Source: Streptosporangiales bacterium (GTDB taxonomy: Bacteria > Actinomycetota > Actinomycetes > Streptosporangiales > WHST01). Taken from it: a stretch of 64,000 bases of DNA. Under the pieces are notes generated by a model. The model saw nothing but the letters and a program-made list of their open reading frames with translations, made no database searches and had not been told where the DNA came from. The first letter of the stretch is position 1. Every line of letters starts with the position of its first letter. Below are positions 1 through 8,942 of this stretch, one piece after another. Location of the stretch: the NCBI GenBank assembly GCA_036378185.1, contig DASUWX010000234.1, positions 17,120-81,119 on the forward strand. The letters are read 5' to 3'. A program made the translations under genes and the position numbers.

Positions 1-603
1 ATCAGCGCCCCGTCGTTCTGGATCGGGCTGATGCTCGTGCTCTACCTCGGCGGCCGGCTGGGTTGGTTCCCGACCGGCGGCCAGCTGCCGTCGTCGGTGG
101 TCGACCCCGGGCCCACCGGCTTCGTGGCCTTCGACATGATCGTGCACGGCAACTTCGCGGGCCTCGCCACGGCGCTGCACTATCTGGTCCTCCCGGCCCT
201 GACGATGGGCGCCGCGATGGCGGGGCTGCTCGTCCGGATGACCAGATCGAGCCTGCTCGAGGTGATCCGCGAGGACTACGTGCGCACCGCCCGGGCCAAG
301 GGCGCGAACGAGTGGACCGTCACCGTGCGGCACGCCATGCGCAACGCCCTGCTGCCGGTCGTGACGGTCTTCGGCCTCGAGCTCGCCGGCGTCCTGGCCG
401 GCTCGATCATCGTCGAGAACGTCTTCGCCTGGCCCGGTCTGGGCAACCTGCTGCTCACTGCGGTGAGCGCGCGCGACTATCCCGTGGTGCAGGGCTGCGT
501 GCTCGTGTTCGGGGTGATCTTCGTCGTGGTGAACCTGCTCGTCGACCTCAGCTACCGCGTCCTCGATCCACGGATCAAGGGCCGGGACGGAGGGATCGCA
601 TGA
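1..603 (+). CDS. ABC transporter permease, DppB/OppB-like (N-terminus lies upstream of the window)
   Basis: Frame 1 is open from base 1 to TGA 601-603. The tail carries the permease EAA-type region (EDYVRTARAKGANEWTVTVRHAMRNALLPVVT) and is a clear paralog of the 44654..45610 product. Confidence 0.9.
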   Translation: MSAPSFWIGLMLVLYLGGRLGWFPTGGQLPSSVVDPGPTGFVAFDMIVHGNFAGLATALHYLVLPALTMGAAMAGLLVRMTRSSLLEVIREDYVRTARAKGANEWTVTVRHAMRNALLPVVTVFGLELAGVLAGSIIVENVFAWPGLGNLLLTAVSARDYPVVQGCVLVFGVIFVVVNLLVDLSYRVLDPRIKGRDGGIA

Positions 604-704
604 CCGAGCGTCAGCGAGGGAATCATCTGCACTGCATGTCATGCCGTCACCGGCCCACCGCGATGCGACTCGAACACCCGGCGGCGGCGGAGGTGACGGC
701 ATGA
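600..704 (+). repeat. Structured intercistronic spacer with a 34-codon bridging ORF (ATGA overlap at both ends)
   Basis: ATG 600-602 overlaps the upstream TGA 601-603, and TGA 702-704 overlaps the downstream ATG 701-703. 8-bp direct repeat GCATGACC at 598-605 and 699-706. 14-bp perfect inverted repeat at 638-651 / 692-705. Confidence 0.6.
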
Positions 705-1615
705 CCTCGACCTCGACCACACTCCTGCAGCCGGCCGGGTCGCTCGCCGGGCTGTCCAGGCGGGTCCTCGCCGTGCACCGGATCCCGGGCTTCTACAGTG
801 CCGCTCTCGGCGGGACGGTGACCCTGCTGTTCGTGCTCGCAGCGGTGTTCGCGCCGCTGCTTGCGCCCGGGTCGCCGAGCGCGACCGACCTGACGCACCG
901 CCTGCTGCCGCCGGCGTGGGTGTCCGGCGGCAGCATGCAGCACCTGCTCGGCACCGACCCGCTCGGCCGGGACGTGCTGAGCCGCCTGCTCTACGGGTCA
1001 CGGATCTCGTTGCTCGTCGGGCTCGCCGCCGTGGTCGGCGCCGGGCTGCTCGGCGTCGCGGTGGGCGTCGTGTCCGGGTACCGGGGCGGCTGGGTGGACT
1101 ACGGGGTCCAGCGGGTCGTCGAGGTCTTCCAGTCGTACCCGTTCATCCTGCTCGGCATCACGGTGATGGCGTTCCTGGGCCAGAGCGTCCGCAACATCAT
1201 CATCGTGCTGATCCTCACCCGGTGGGTCCAGTTCTGCCGGGTCGCCCGGGCCGAGGTGCTGAAGGTGAAGTCGGGGGAGTTCATCGTCGCCGCCGCGACC
1301 ATGGGCTCGTCCAACCGGCGGACCGTGCTGAGACACGTGCTGCCCAACGTCGCGGCGCCGGTGATCGTGGTCGCCACGTTCTCGCTCGCGTTCGCGATCC
1401 TCGGCGAGGCGAGCCTGAGCTTCCTGGGCGTCGGCGTGCCGCCGAACATCCCGACCTGGGGGACGATGCTGTCCGGCGGGCAGCAGTACATGTTCAGCGA
1501 CGCCTGGCTGACGATCCTGCCGGGGTTCCTGCTGTTCGTCCTCGTACTCGCCGTGAACATCATGGGCGACGGGCTGCGCGACATGAACGACCCGAAGATG
1601 CGAGGAATCCGTTGA
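701..1615 (+). CDS. ABC transporter permease, DppC/OppC-like
   Basis: ORF 641..1615. ATG 701 gives a normal N-terminus about 30 aa before the first TM helix (an alternative ATG at 641 is possible). Permease core and paralogy to 45717..46592. Confidence 0.88.
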   Translation: MTSTSTTLLQPAGSLAGLSRRVLAVHRIPGFYSAALGGTVTLLFVLAAVFAPLLAPGSPSATDLTHRLLPPAWVSGGSMQHLLGTDPLGRDVLSRLLYGSRISLLVGLAAVVGAGLLGVAVGVVSGYRGGWVDYGVQRVVEVFQSYPFILLGITVMAFLGQSVRNIIIVLILTRWVQFCRVARAEVLKVKSGEFIVAAATMGSSNRRTVLRHVLPNVAAPVIVVATFSLAFAILGEASLSFLGVGVPPNIPTWGTMLSGGQQYMFSDAWLTILPGFLLFVLVLAVNIMGDGLRDMNDPKMRGIR

Positions 1616-1632
1616 GTGCCAAGGGATCCGTG

Positions 1633-3861
1633 ATGAAGTCGACAGCTGACGCCGCCGACGGTCAGGGACCGGCCGCGCGCCCGCCGGACGAGCCGCTGCT
1701 GTCTGCCGCGGGGATCAGGACCTGCTTCCGCACCGAGCTCGGCGAGGTCACCGCGGTCGACGGAGTGTCGTTCGACCTCTTCCCCGGCGAGACCGTCGCG
1801 ATCGTCGGCGAGTCGGGGTCGGGCAAGTCGGTGACGGTGATGTCGTTGATGGGGCTGGTGGCCAAGCCCGCCGGCCGCGTCGTCGCCGGCTCCGTGAAGT
1901 TCGGCGGGCGGGACCTGCTCCGGCTCTCCGAGAAGCAGCTGCGGCGGATCAGGGGACGGGACATCGCGATGGTGTTCCAGGACCCGATGAGCTCGCTCAA
2001 CCCGGTGCTCACCGTCGGCTACCAGACCCAGGAGGCGTTGCGGCTGCACGACCGGAGCCTGTCCGCGAAGCAGGCACGGGCGCGGGCGGTCGAGCTGCTC
2101 ACCGACGTCGGCATCCCGTCGCCGGAGAAGAGCTTCAACGCCTATCCGCACGAGTACTCGGGCGGCATGCGGCAGCGGGTGCTCATCGCGATGGCGATGG
2201 CCAACGACCCGCAGGTGTTCATCGCCGACGAGCCCACGACGGCGCTCGACGTGACCATCCAGGCGCAGGTGCTGCGCGTCCTGAAGCACGCGCAGAAGCG
2301 CACCGGAGCGGCGACGATCCTGGTGACGCACGACCTCGGCCTGGTGGCGGAGATGGCCGACCGGGTGCTCGTCATGTACGCCGGGCGCGTGATCGAGTCC
2401 GGCGACGTCGACACGATCTTCTACCGCCCCAAGCACCCGTACACGGTCGGCCTGCTGGCGAGCCGGCCGCGGCTCGACCGCGAGGTGCAGGAGCTGCGCG
2501 TCATCAAGGGCCAGCCGCCGAACCTGCTCGCGCTGCCCTCGGGGTGCTCCTTCCGGCCCAGGTGCGCGTTCCACGGTGACCGCGCGATCTGCGCCGAGAA
2601 GGTGCCCGGTCTCCAGCAGCTCGGCGACGGGCACACGTCCGCCTGTCACTTCGCCGCCGAACTGCCGGACCGGGTGGACGTCGCGGAACAGGTCGCCACG
2701 AGCGAGGCCGAGGACGAGCTGAGCGACGCGGTCGTCGCCGACGCGGACACGACCGCGAAGAGGTGGTCCCCGCAGGGCCGGCAGGAGGTGCTGCGGCTGG
2801 AGAACCTGCAGAAGGCGTTCCCCGTGCGAGGCGGCATCGGGCGCCGCGACCGCAGGTTGATGCACGCCGTCAACGGCGTCAGCCTCATCCTGCACCAGGG
2901 TGAGACGCTCGGCCTCGTCGGCGAGACCGGCTGCGGCAAGTCCACGATCGGCCGGATGGTGATGCGCATCCTCGACCCGACCGAGGGGACGATCGCGTTC
3001 AAGGGCCGCGACATCACCCGCGAGCGGATGCAGTCGATGCCGGAGCTGCGGCGCAGGCTGCAGATCGTCTTCCAGGACCCGTACGGCTCGCTGGACCCGA
3101 GGATGCGGGTACGCGACATCGTGGGCGAACCGTTGCAGATCAACCAGATCGGCGACCGTGCGAGCCGGCGGGAACGGGTTCTCGAGCTGCTGGAGCTGGT
3201 GGGGCTCGGCCCGGAACACCTGAACCGCTACCCGCACCAGTTCTCGGGTGGCCAGCGACAGCGCGTCGGCATCGCCAGGGCGCTCGCGATGGACCCCGAG
3301 GTGCTCGTACTCGACGAGCCGGTCTCCGCCCTGGACGTGTCGCTGCAGGCCCAGATCATCAACCTGCTGAACGCGCTCAAGGAGAAGCTGGACATCTCCT
3401 ACGTGTTCATCTCGCACGACCTGTCGGTCGTCCGCTACCTCTGCGACACGGTCGCGGTCGTCTACTCGGGGCAGGTGATGGAGTCCGGCACCGTGGCGGA
3501 GATCTTCGACCACCCGGTACACCCGTACACGCAGACACTGCTCTCCTCGGTGCCGATCCCCGACCCCGCGCTGCGCGGCCGCAGGGAGCGGATCGTCCTC
3601 GAGGGCGACGTGCAGAGCCCGCTCGACCTGCCCGAGGGGTGCCTGTTCCAGCGGCGCTGCTTCAAGGCGACCGAGCGGTGCCGGGTGGAACGCCCGGTGC
3701 TGACCGAGGCGCGCTCCGGCGGCCACCTGAGCGCCTGCCACTACCCCGAGGAGCGCGACGTGCTGAGCACCGCACCCGCCGCGCCCGAGAGCGTGAACGA
3801 CACCGGGACCGGCCCGGCGTCGACGGCGTCCACGACACCGACGGAGGAGACTGCGACGTGA
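1633..3861 (+). CDS. Fused double ABC ATPase (DppD+DppF-like in one polypeptide)
   Basis: ATG 1633 lies inside ORF 916..3861. Two Walker A motifs ([16 protein letters not shown]) and two ABC signatures ([16 protein letters not shown]). Both halves end in oligopeptide-type C-terminal Cys-rich segments. Confidence 0.9.
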   Translation: MKSTADAADGQGPAARPPDEPLLSAAGIRTCFRTELGEVTAVDGVSFDLFPGETVAIVGESGSGKSVTVMSLMGLVAKPAGRVVAGSVKFGGRDLLRLSEKQLRRIRGRDIAMVFQDPMSSLNPVLTVGYQTQEALRLHDRSLSAKQARARAVELLTDVGIPSPEKSFNAYPHEYSGGMRQRVLIAMAMANDPQVFIADEPTTALDVTIQAQVLRVLKHAQKRTGAATILVTHDLGLVAEMADRVLVMYAGRVIESGDVDTIFYRPKHPYTVGLLASRPRLDREVQELRVIKGQPPNLLALPSGCSFRPRCAFHGDRAICAEKVPGLQQLGDGHTSACHFAAELPDRVDVAEQVATSEAEDELSDAVVADADTTAKRWSPQGRQEVLRLENLQKAFPVRGGIGRRDRRLMHAVNGVSLILHQGETLGLVGETGCGKSTIGRMVMRILDPTEGTIAFKGRDITRERMQSMPELRRRLQIVFQDPYGSLDPRMRVRDIVGEPLQINQIGDRASRRERVLELLELVGLGPEHLNRYPHQFSGGQRQRVGIARALAMDPEVLVLDEPVSALDVSLQAQIINLLNALKEKLDISYVFISHDLSVVRYLCDTVAVVYSGQVMESGTVAEIFDHPVHPYTQTLLSSVPIPDPALRGRRERIVLEGDVQSPLDLPEGCLFQRRCFKATERCRVERPVLTEARSGGHLSACHYPEERDVLSTAPAAPESVNDTGTGPASTASTTPTEETAT

Positions 3862-5159
3862 CCTGGCAACCACCGACCGAGGTCAGCGAGGACGAGCTGA
3901 GGGAGATCTCGAAGCGGACGCTGGACCGTCCCGACCTCCCGTACGTCCGCAGGGACGAGGAGTTCCGGATCGACTGTGCCGGCCTCGGCTGGGACATCGC
4001 CGGCCGCGTGTACGAACCGGAGCCGTCCGCCGCGCTGCGCGGGCCCGACGGCAAGCTGGTCGGCGCGTTCCTGCTGCACGGCGGTGGCGGCGACCACCGC
4101 GAGATGGACAACCTCTGTTCGCTGCTGACGGGGAAGTTCGGCGTCAAGACCGTCACGGTCACCTACCCGGGGCACTACCACTGGGACAGCCCGACGCACG
4201 ACTGGCCGGGCGAGCCGCTCGACGACGGCACCGGGCATCCGCGGATCGCGCTCTGGGACAGGCAGAACCCGATCGGCCCGGACGAGTACGAGACGATCAC
4301 CTTCGACTCCGACCCGGAGATCAGGCTCAACCGCGGCTCGTCGTTCTTCGCCGCGGCGAAGCCGGGCACGCAGTTCTACCATCGGCAGGCGGCGTGGCCG
4401 CTCGCGTACGAGACGGCCTACCGGACCGCGTGCGCGAACCACTTCCCGGTCGACGGGTACTCGCTCTACCTGCACGGCCACTCCACCGGCGGCCCGTTCG
4501 TGCACATGCTGCTGCAGCGGATCGAGAACGTCCGCGGCCTGATCGGCATGGAGACGAGCCCGTTCGGCTACATCAAGCGGCAGATGGACGAGCCGGGAGC
4601 CGGCGGTGAGCGGTTCCCGTTCTACTACCAGACGCTGCGGACCTGGCGGGACGAGGCGCGCTACCTCGGTGCCGAGACCGGCGCGGCCGGCGTGCGGATG
4701 CTGCCGCTGTTGATGGAGCAGGTCTTCGAGGCGTGGGACCAGAACAAGTCCAAGCCGGGCATCAAGGTCGAGCACTTCGTCCAGTTCGGCGCGGTCGAGG
4801 CGCTCACCGACGCGGCGAACGCGCTGGCGGACATCCTCGGCATGGGCGACACCGAGCGCGAGGACCTCGTCGCGCGCTACGTCGGCTACACCAGGCCGCT
4901 GAGCGGGCCGGGCGCGCCGCCACTGCCGCCGCTGCTCTACATCATCAACGAGAACAGCAAGGACCACAGGCTGGACAACTACAACGGCGTGCTGTTCCCC
5001 GAGCTCGCCAAGCTGGATCCGGCACCCAGGACCTCGCTCACGTACTTCCACGGCGGTGTGCACGACTACAACAAGCCGTTCGCCGAGCTGCCCCGCGGTG
5101 TCGCGCCGGTCGGTGCGTCGATCTGGCACGACGCCATCGTCAACGGCTTCTACGCCTGA
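3858..5159 (+). CDS. Alpha/beta-hydrolase fold protein, function unknown
   Basis: GTG 3858 overlaps the upstream stop (GTGA). HGGGGD oxyanion-type motif and GHSTGG nucleophile elbow. No recognisable specific family. Confidence 0.7.
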   Translation: MTWQPPTEVSEDELREISKRTLDRPDLPYVRRDEEFRIDCAGLGWDIAGRVYEPEPSAALRGPDGKLVGAFLLHGGGGDHREMDNLCSLLTGKFGVKTVTVTYPGHYHWDSPTHDWPGEPLDDGTGHPRIALWDRQNPIGPDEYETITFDSDPEIRLNRGSSFFAAAKPGTQFYHRQAAWPLAYETAYRTACANHFPVDGYSLYLHGHSTGGPFVHMLLQRIENVRGLIGMETSPFGYIKRQMDEPGAGGERFPFYYQTLRTWRDEARYLGAETGAAGVRMLPLLMEQVFEAWDQNKSKPGIKVEHFVQFGAVEALTDAANALADILGMGDTEREDLVARYVGYTRPLSGPGAPPLPPLLYIINENSKDHRLDNYNGVLFPELAKLDPAPRTSLTYFHGGVHDYNKPFAELPRGVAPVGASIWHDAIVNGFYA

Positions 5160-6649
5160 TGACGGCCACGCGACCGGCCGACGCCACCGTCGCCGGGATC
5201 CGGAGTGCGTACGCGTCGGGGGAGCTCACCTGCCGCGAGGTCACCGAGCGGAGCCTGGCGCGGATCGCCGCTTACGACCAGGACGGCCCGCGCATCAACG
5301 CGATGATCACGGTCAACGAGGACGCGCTGAAGGACGCCGACGCCCTCGACGCGGCGTTCGCGGAGCGAGGGCCGGTCGGGCCGCTGCACGGCATCCCTGT
5401 GGTCGTGAAGGACCAGATCGACGCGGCGGGAATGCCGACGACGCTGGGCTCGGTGCTGTTCCAGGACTACCGGCCCGACCAGGACGCCACGGTGGTCGCG
5501 CGGCTCAGGTCGGCGGGCGCGCTCGTGCTCGGCAAGGCGACCCTCGGCGAGCTGGGTGCGGGCGACACGCATGGCACGCTGTTCGGCTCGACCAGGAACC
5601 CCTACGACCTGGAGCGGACGGTGGGCGGCTCGTCCGGCGGCTCGGCCGCCGCGGTCGCCGTCGACTACGCGCCGCTCGCGCTCGGGCTCGAGGGGTTCGC
5701 CTCGATCCGCCGGCCCGCGGCGTGGAACTCGGTCGTCGGCATGCGGCCCAGCCTCGGGCTGGTCAGCCGCACCGGCTGCTCCAGCGGCTGGCCGGGCGAG
5801 AGCAGCTCGGTCGGGCCGCTCGCGCGCACCGTCGAGGACGCCGCCCGCCTGCTCGACGTCCTCACCGGGTACGACCCGCTCGACCCGTCCACCGCGTACG
5901 GTGTCGACCGCCATCCGGGCTCGTTCACCGACGGGCTCGACGCGGCCGGCCTGCGCGGCGTCCGGATCGGCGTGATCCGGCAGCCGATCGGCCTCGGCTC
6001 GGACCCGGACGCGGACGACTACCAGGTGATCTCGGCGGCGTTCGACGGGACCGTCGCCGAGCTCGCGGCCGCCGGTGCGGTGCTCGTTGACCCGGTGGAG
6101 CTGCCCGGGCTCGACGCCCTGCTCGCCGCGCGGACCTCCCCGCACCAGGCCGAGGCGTTCATGACCTGGATGGCGAGGTCGCAGAACCCGCCGTACCGGT
6201 CGTACGACGAGCTGACCCGGCTGTCCACGTACCGCGAGGTCGTCGAGCGGCGTTACGCGGGCAACCCGATCCCGGCGCACCGCACCACCGGCACCCACTA
6301 CGACCATCTGCTGGCCCAGCGGAAGCTGAAGACGCTGCTGCTGACCGTGATGGCGGACCACGGACTCGGCGCGGTGGTGCACCGGACCGTCGAGCACCTG
6401 CCGACGCTCATCCGCGACGGAGTCAACCCGCCGTACGTCAACCTCAAGGGCGCGCCGTACATCAACACCTTCCTCGGCGACGTGCCCTCGATCTCGGTGC
6501 CGTCCGGCTTCACGGCGGAAGGGCTGCCGATGGGTGTGACCTTCCTCGGCCGGCCGTTCAGTGATGCCGCGATGCTTCGTTACGCGTATGCGTACGAACA
6601 GGCGACCCGGCATCGCCGGCCACCGGCGTCGACGCCGCCTCTTCCATGA
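5159..6649 (+). CDS. Amidase-signature family amidase
   Basis: ATG 5159 overlaps the upstream TGA (ATGA-type coupling). Glycine/serine-rich amidase signature GGSSGGSAAAVA with an upstream conserved Lys region. Confidence 0.88.
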   Translation: MTATRPADATVAGIRSAYASGELTCREVTERSLARIAAYDQDGPRINAMITVNEDALKDADALDAAFAERGPVGPLHGIPVVVKDQIDAAGMPTTLGSVLFQDYRPDQDATVVARLRSAGALVLGKATLGELGAGDTHGTLFGSTRNPYDLERTVGGSSGGSAAAVAVDYAPLALGLEGFASIRRPAAWNSVVGMRPSLGLVSRTGCSSGWPGESSSVGPLARTVEDAARLLDVLTGYDPLDPSTAYGVDRHPGSFTDGLDAAGLRGVRIGVIRQPIGLGSDPDADDYQVISAAFDGTVAELAAAGAVLVDPVELPGLDALLAARTSPHQAEAFMTWMARSQNPPYRSYDELTRLSTYREVVERRYAGNPIPAHRTTGTHYDHLLAQRKLKTLLLTVMADHGLGAVVHRTVEHLPTLIRDGVNPPYVNLKGAPYINTFLGDVPSISVPSGFTAEGLPMGVTFLGRPFSDAAMLRYAYAYEQATRHRRPPASTPPLP

Positions 6650-7388
6650 CGAGCTCCGGCGGCTCGATGATGCGGGCGGAACTGCGTTCCGCCTCGTAGG
6701 CGCTCGCGCCGCCGCGCGCGCCGAACAGCCGTTTGGTGCCGACGATGTAGACCACCACCGCGACGTTGAACAGCAGCGCGACGACGCGGAGCCAGGTCTG
6801 CTTCTCGGTGAGCTCGTAGATCTCGAACGGGATGAACGCCGCCGTCGCGACGACGGCGAAGTACTCGCCCCAGCGGCGTAGCGAGAGGAGGCCGGCGCAC
6901 TCGACCGCCTCGACCGCGGCGTACGCGACCAGCGCGAGAGCGATGATCAGCAACGTCGTCTGGCTGATCGTGAGCAGGTGCCGTACCTCGTGCACCAGCG
7001 CGGAGTCCGAGAGCTGCCAGCCGAGCCGGTCCGCGATCGGCCGCAGCAGCGGGAGGTTCTGGTCGAAGGCGCGCTGCAGGTCGTACTTCTCGTTGCGGAA
7101 CGTCCAGACCGCGTACGCCGCGCCGAGGATGACCAGCGCGCGCAGCGCGCGCTCCATGGCGAGGATGCGCAGGACGATGGCGTCGCGCAGCTCCCGGCCC
7201 CGCCGGGGCGTCGGCGCCTCGGCGACCGGCCCCCACGCCGTCGGTTCGCCGACGACGTAGGTGCCGCAGCGCAGGCACCGCCACGCCTCGCCTGCGGGCG
7301 TGTGGACGTGGAGCCGGTCACGGAACTCGGGCTCGTCCGGTGCGTACGTCAGGTGCCGGTGCGCACAGCCCAGCAGGTTCCAGTCCAC
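6558..7388 (-). CDS. DUF2127-like membrane protein with N-terminal zinc-ribbon-like CxxH...CxxC
   Basis: C-terminal part of minus ORF 6558..8117. The first usable in-frame start is GTG 7388. Four hydrophobic helices follow the CAHRH...CLRC segment. Its 3' end overlaps the amidase 3' end by 92 bp. Confidence 0.62.
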   Translation of the reverse strand: MDWNLLGCAHRHLTYAPDEPEFRDRLHVHTPAGEAWRCLRCGTYVVGEPTAWGPVAEAPTPRRGRELRDAIVLRILAMERALRALVILGAAYAVWTFRNEKYDLQRAFDQNLPLLRPIADRLGWQLSDSALVHEVRHLLTISQTTLLIIALALVAYAAVEAVECAGLLSLRRWGEYFAVVATAAFIPFEIYELTEKQTWLRVVALLFNVAVVVYIVGTKRLFGARGGASAYEAERSSARIIEPPELVMEEAASTPVAGDAGSPVRTHTRNEASRHH

Positions 7389-7446
7389 ATAGTGAGCGTA
7401 CTCAGGTCGGACCGGTGCCCCCGCGGGGCGCGGAGCGGGGCTTGGC

Positions 7447-8031
7447 GTGGCGCGGGATGCGAGAATGACGCATCCGGCGGAGACGAGTGGACTGGACCCG
7501 GACGCGATGGCCAAGGAACTGAAGCTGCCGTTCGACCCGATCGACGTGGCGGGGGAGCACTGGACGCACCACTTCGGCCCGGCGACGTCGATGCGGGTCG
7601 CCACGTCGATCATGCGCGCGCAGCAGCTGCTGCTGACCAGGTACGACGAGTTGCTGCGGCCGTACAGCCTCACCTTCGCGCGGTACGAGGCCCTGGTGCT
7701 GCTCGTGTTCAGCCGCACCGGCGAGCTGCCGATGCGGGTGATCGGCGAGCGGCTGATGGTGCACCCGACCAGCGCCACCAACATCATCGACCGGCTCTGC
7801 CGGCAGGGGTACGTGGCCCGCAGGCCGAACCCGGCGGACGGCCGCGGCGTGCTCGCGTCGGTGACCGCCGAGGGGCGCGAGGTCGTCCGCCACGCCACCA
7901 AGGAGTTGATGGCGATCGACTTCGGCCTCGGCGCGGTCGACGAGCGCGGCCGCGCGGAGCTGTTCGACGCCCTGCGCACCCTGCGCGTCGCGGCCGGCGA
8001 CTTCGTCCCGCACGACGAGGCGCGCTCATAA
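7447..8031 (+). CDS. MarR family transcriptional regulator
   Basis: Winged-helix MarR core (FARYEALVLLVFS...MRVIGERLMVHPTSATNIIDRLCRQGYVARRPNPADGRGV). Divergent from the DUF2127 gene. The start could be ATG 7465. Confidence 0.85.
   Translation: MARDARMTHPAETSGLDPDAMAKELKLPFDPIDVAGEHWTHHFGPATSMRVATSIMRAQQLLLTRYDELLRPYSLTFARYEALVLLVFSRTGELPMRVIGERLMVHPTSATNIIDRLCRQGYVARRPNPADGRGVLASVTAEGREVVRHATKELMAIDFGLGAVDERGRAELFDALRTLRVAAGDFVPHDEARS
7455..7475. promoter_or_regulatory. 7-bp inverted repeat GGATGCG-N7-CGCATCC in the marR/DUF2127 divergent region (candidate MarR operator)
   Basis: Seen directly. It overlaps the alternative ATG 7465 of the MarR gene. Assignment to MarR is inference only. Confidence 0.3.
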
Positions 8032-8050
8032 CGTCTCGAAGTCCGAGACG
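8032..8050 (+). terminator. Hairpin CGTCTCG-AAGTC-CGAGACG followed by ATTTCTCTT
   Basis: Begins 1 nt after the marR stop. 7-bp perfect stem, 5-nt loop, T-rich tail. Confidence 0.55.
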
Positions 8051-8115
8051 ATTTCTCTTGCATCCTGAGACTCCGGATATGCTGCGACGGCGGGGAGTGG
8101 TCAGGAAGGGGTGCC

Positions 8116-8925
8116 ATGTCCGGTCGGCAGACGGTCTACACACACGGGTACCACGACGCCGTCATGCGCTCGCACAGTTGGCGGACGGCGGCGAACTCGG
8201 CGGCGTACCTGCTGGGTGAGCTCGCTCCGGGCATGTCCGTGCTCGACGTCGGCTGCGGGGCGGGCACCATCACGGCCGACCTCGCGGCGTCGGTCGCGCC
8301 CGGCCGGTTGACGGCGGTGGACATCTCCGAGGACGTGCTCGCCAAGGCGCGTGCCCAGGTGGCCGGGCGCGGCCTCGACAACGTCGAGTTCGCCGTCGCC
8401 GACGTGCACGCGCTGCGGTTCCCCGACGACTCGTTCGACGCCGTGCACGCGCACCAGGTGCTGCAGCACGTCGCCGACCCCGTGCAGGCCCTGCGCGAGA
8501 TGCGCCGCGTCTGCCGCCCCGGCGGCGTCGTCGGAGCCAGGGACGGCGACTACGCGACGATGACCTGGTACCCACCGGTGCCGGAGCTGGACGAGTGGCT
8601 CGCGCTGTACCACCGCGTCGCGCGGCGCAACTCCGGTGAACCGGACGCGGGGCGGCGGCTGCGCTCGTGGGCGCTGGCCGCCGGTTTCACCGACGTCACC
8701 AGCACGGCCACCGCGTGGTGCTACGCCACGCCCGAGGACCGGACGCTGTGGAGCGAGACCTGGGCGGAGCGGGTGACCGACTCCTCGCTGGCCCGCCAGG
8801 CCGTCGAGTACGGGTTCGCCACGACCGCCGACCTCCGGCGCATCGCCGACGGCTGGCGGGCGTGGAACGCCGCGCCGGACGCGTGGTTCGCCGTCCTGCA
8901 CGGCGAGATCCTCGCCCGCGGCTAG
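8116..8925 (+). CDS. Class I SAM-dependent methyltransferase
   Basis: Motif I VLDVGCGAGT, then the acidic post-I residue and LRPGG-type motif (CRPGGVV). Confidence 0.85.
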   Translation: MSGRQTVYTHGYHDAVMRSHSWRTAANSAAYLLGELAPGMSVLDVGCGAGTITADLAASVAPGRLTAVDISEDVLAKARAQVAGRGLDNVEFAVADVHALRFPDDSFDAVHAHQVLQHVADPVQALREMRRVCRPGGVVGARDGDYATMTWYPPVPELDEWLALYHRVARRNSGEPDAGRRLRSWALAAGFTDVTSTATAWCYATPEDRTLWSETWAERVTDSSLARQAVEYGFATTADLRRIADGWRAWNAAPDAWFAVLHGEILARG

Positions 8926-8942
8926 CCGGGCCGCGGCGCCGG

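Noticed and set aside
916-3873. Very long alternative-frame and antisense ORFs. Examples: 1099..3873 (-), the 916..1632 lead-in of the ATPase ORF, 8101..9834 (-), 8667..10283 (+), 21668..24547 (+), the 30290..32518 lead-in of the YcxB ORF, and 40245..42878 (-).
   Set aside because: They are Arg/Pro/Gly/Ala-rich with no motifs. They lie opposite or out of frame to genes with clear family signatures. This is the expected absence of stop codons in high-GC DNA.
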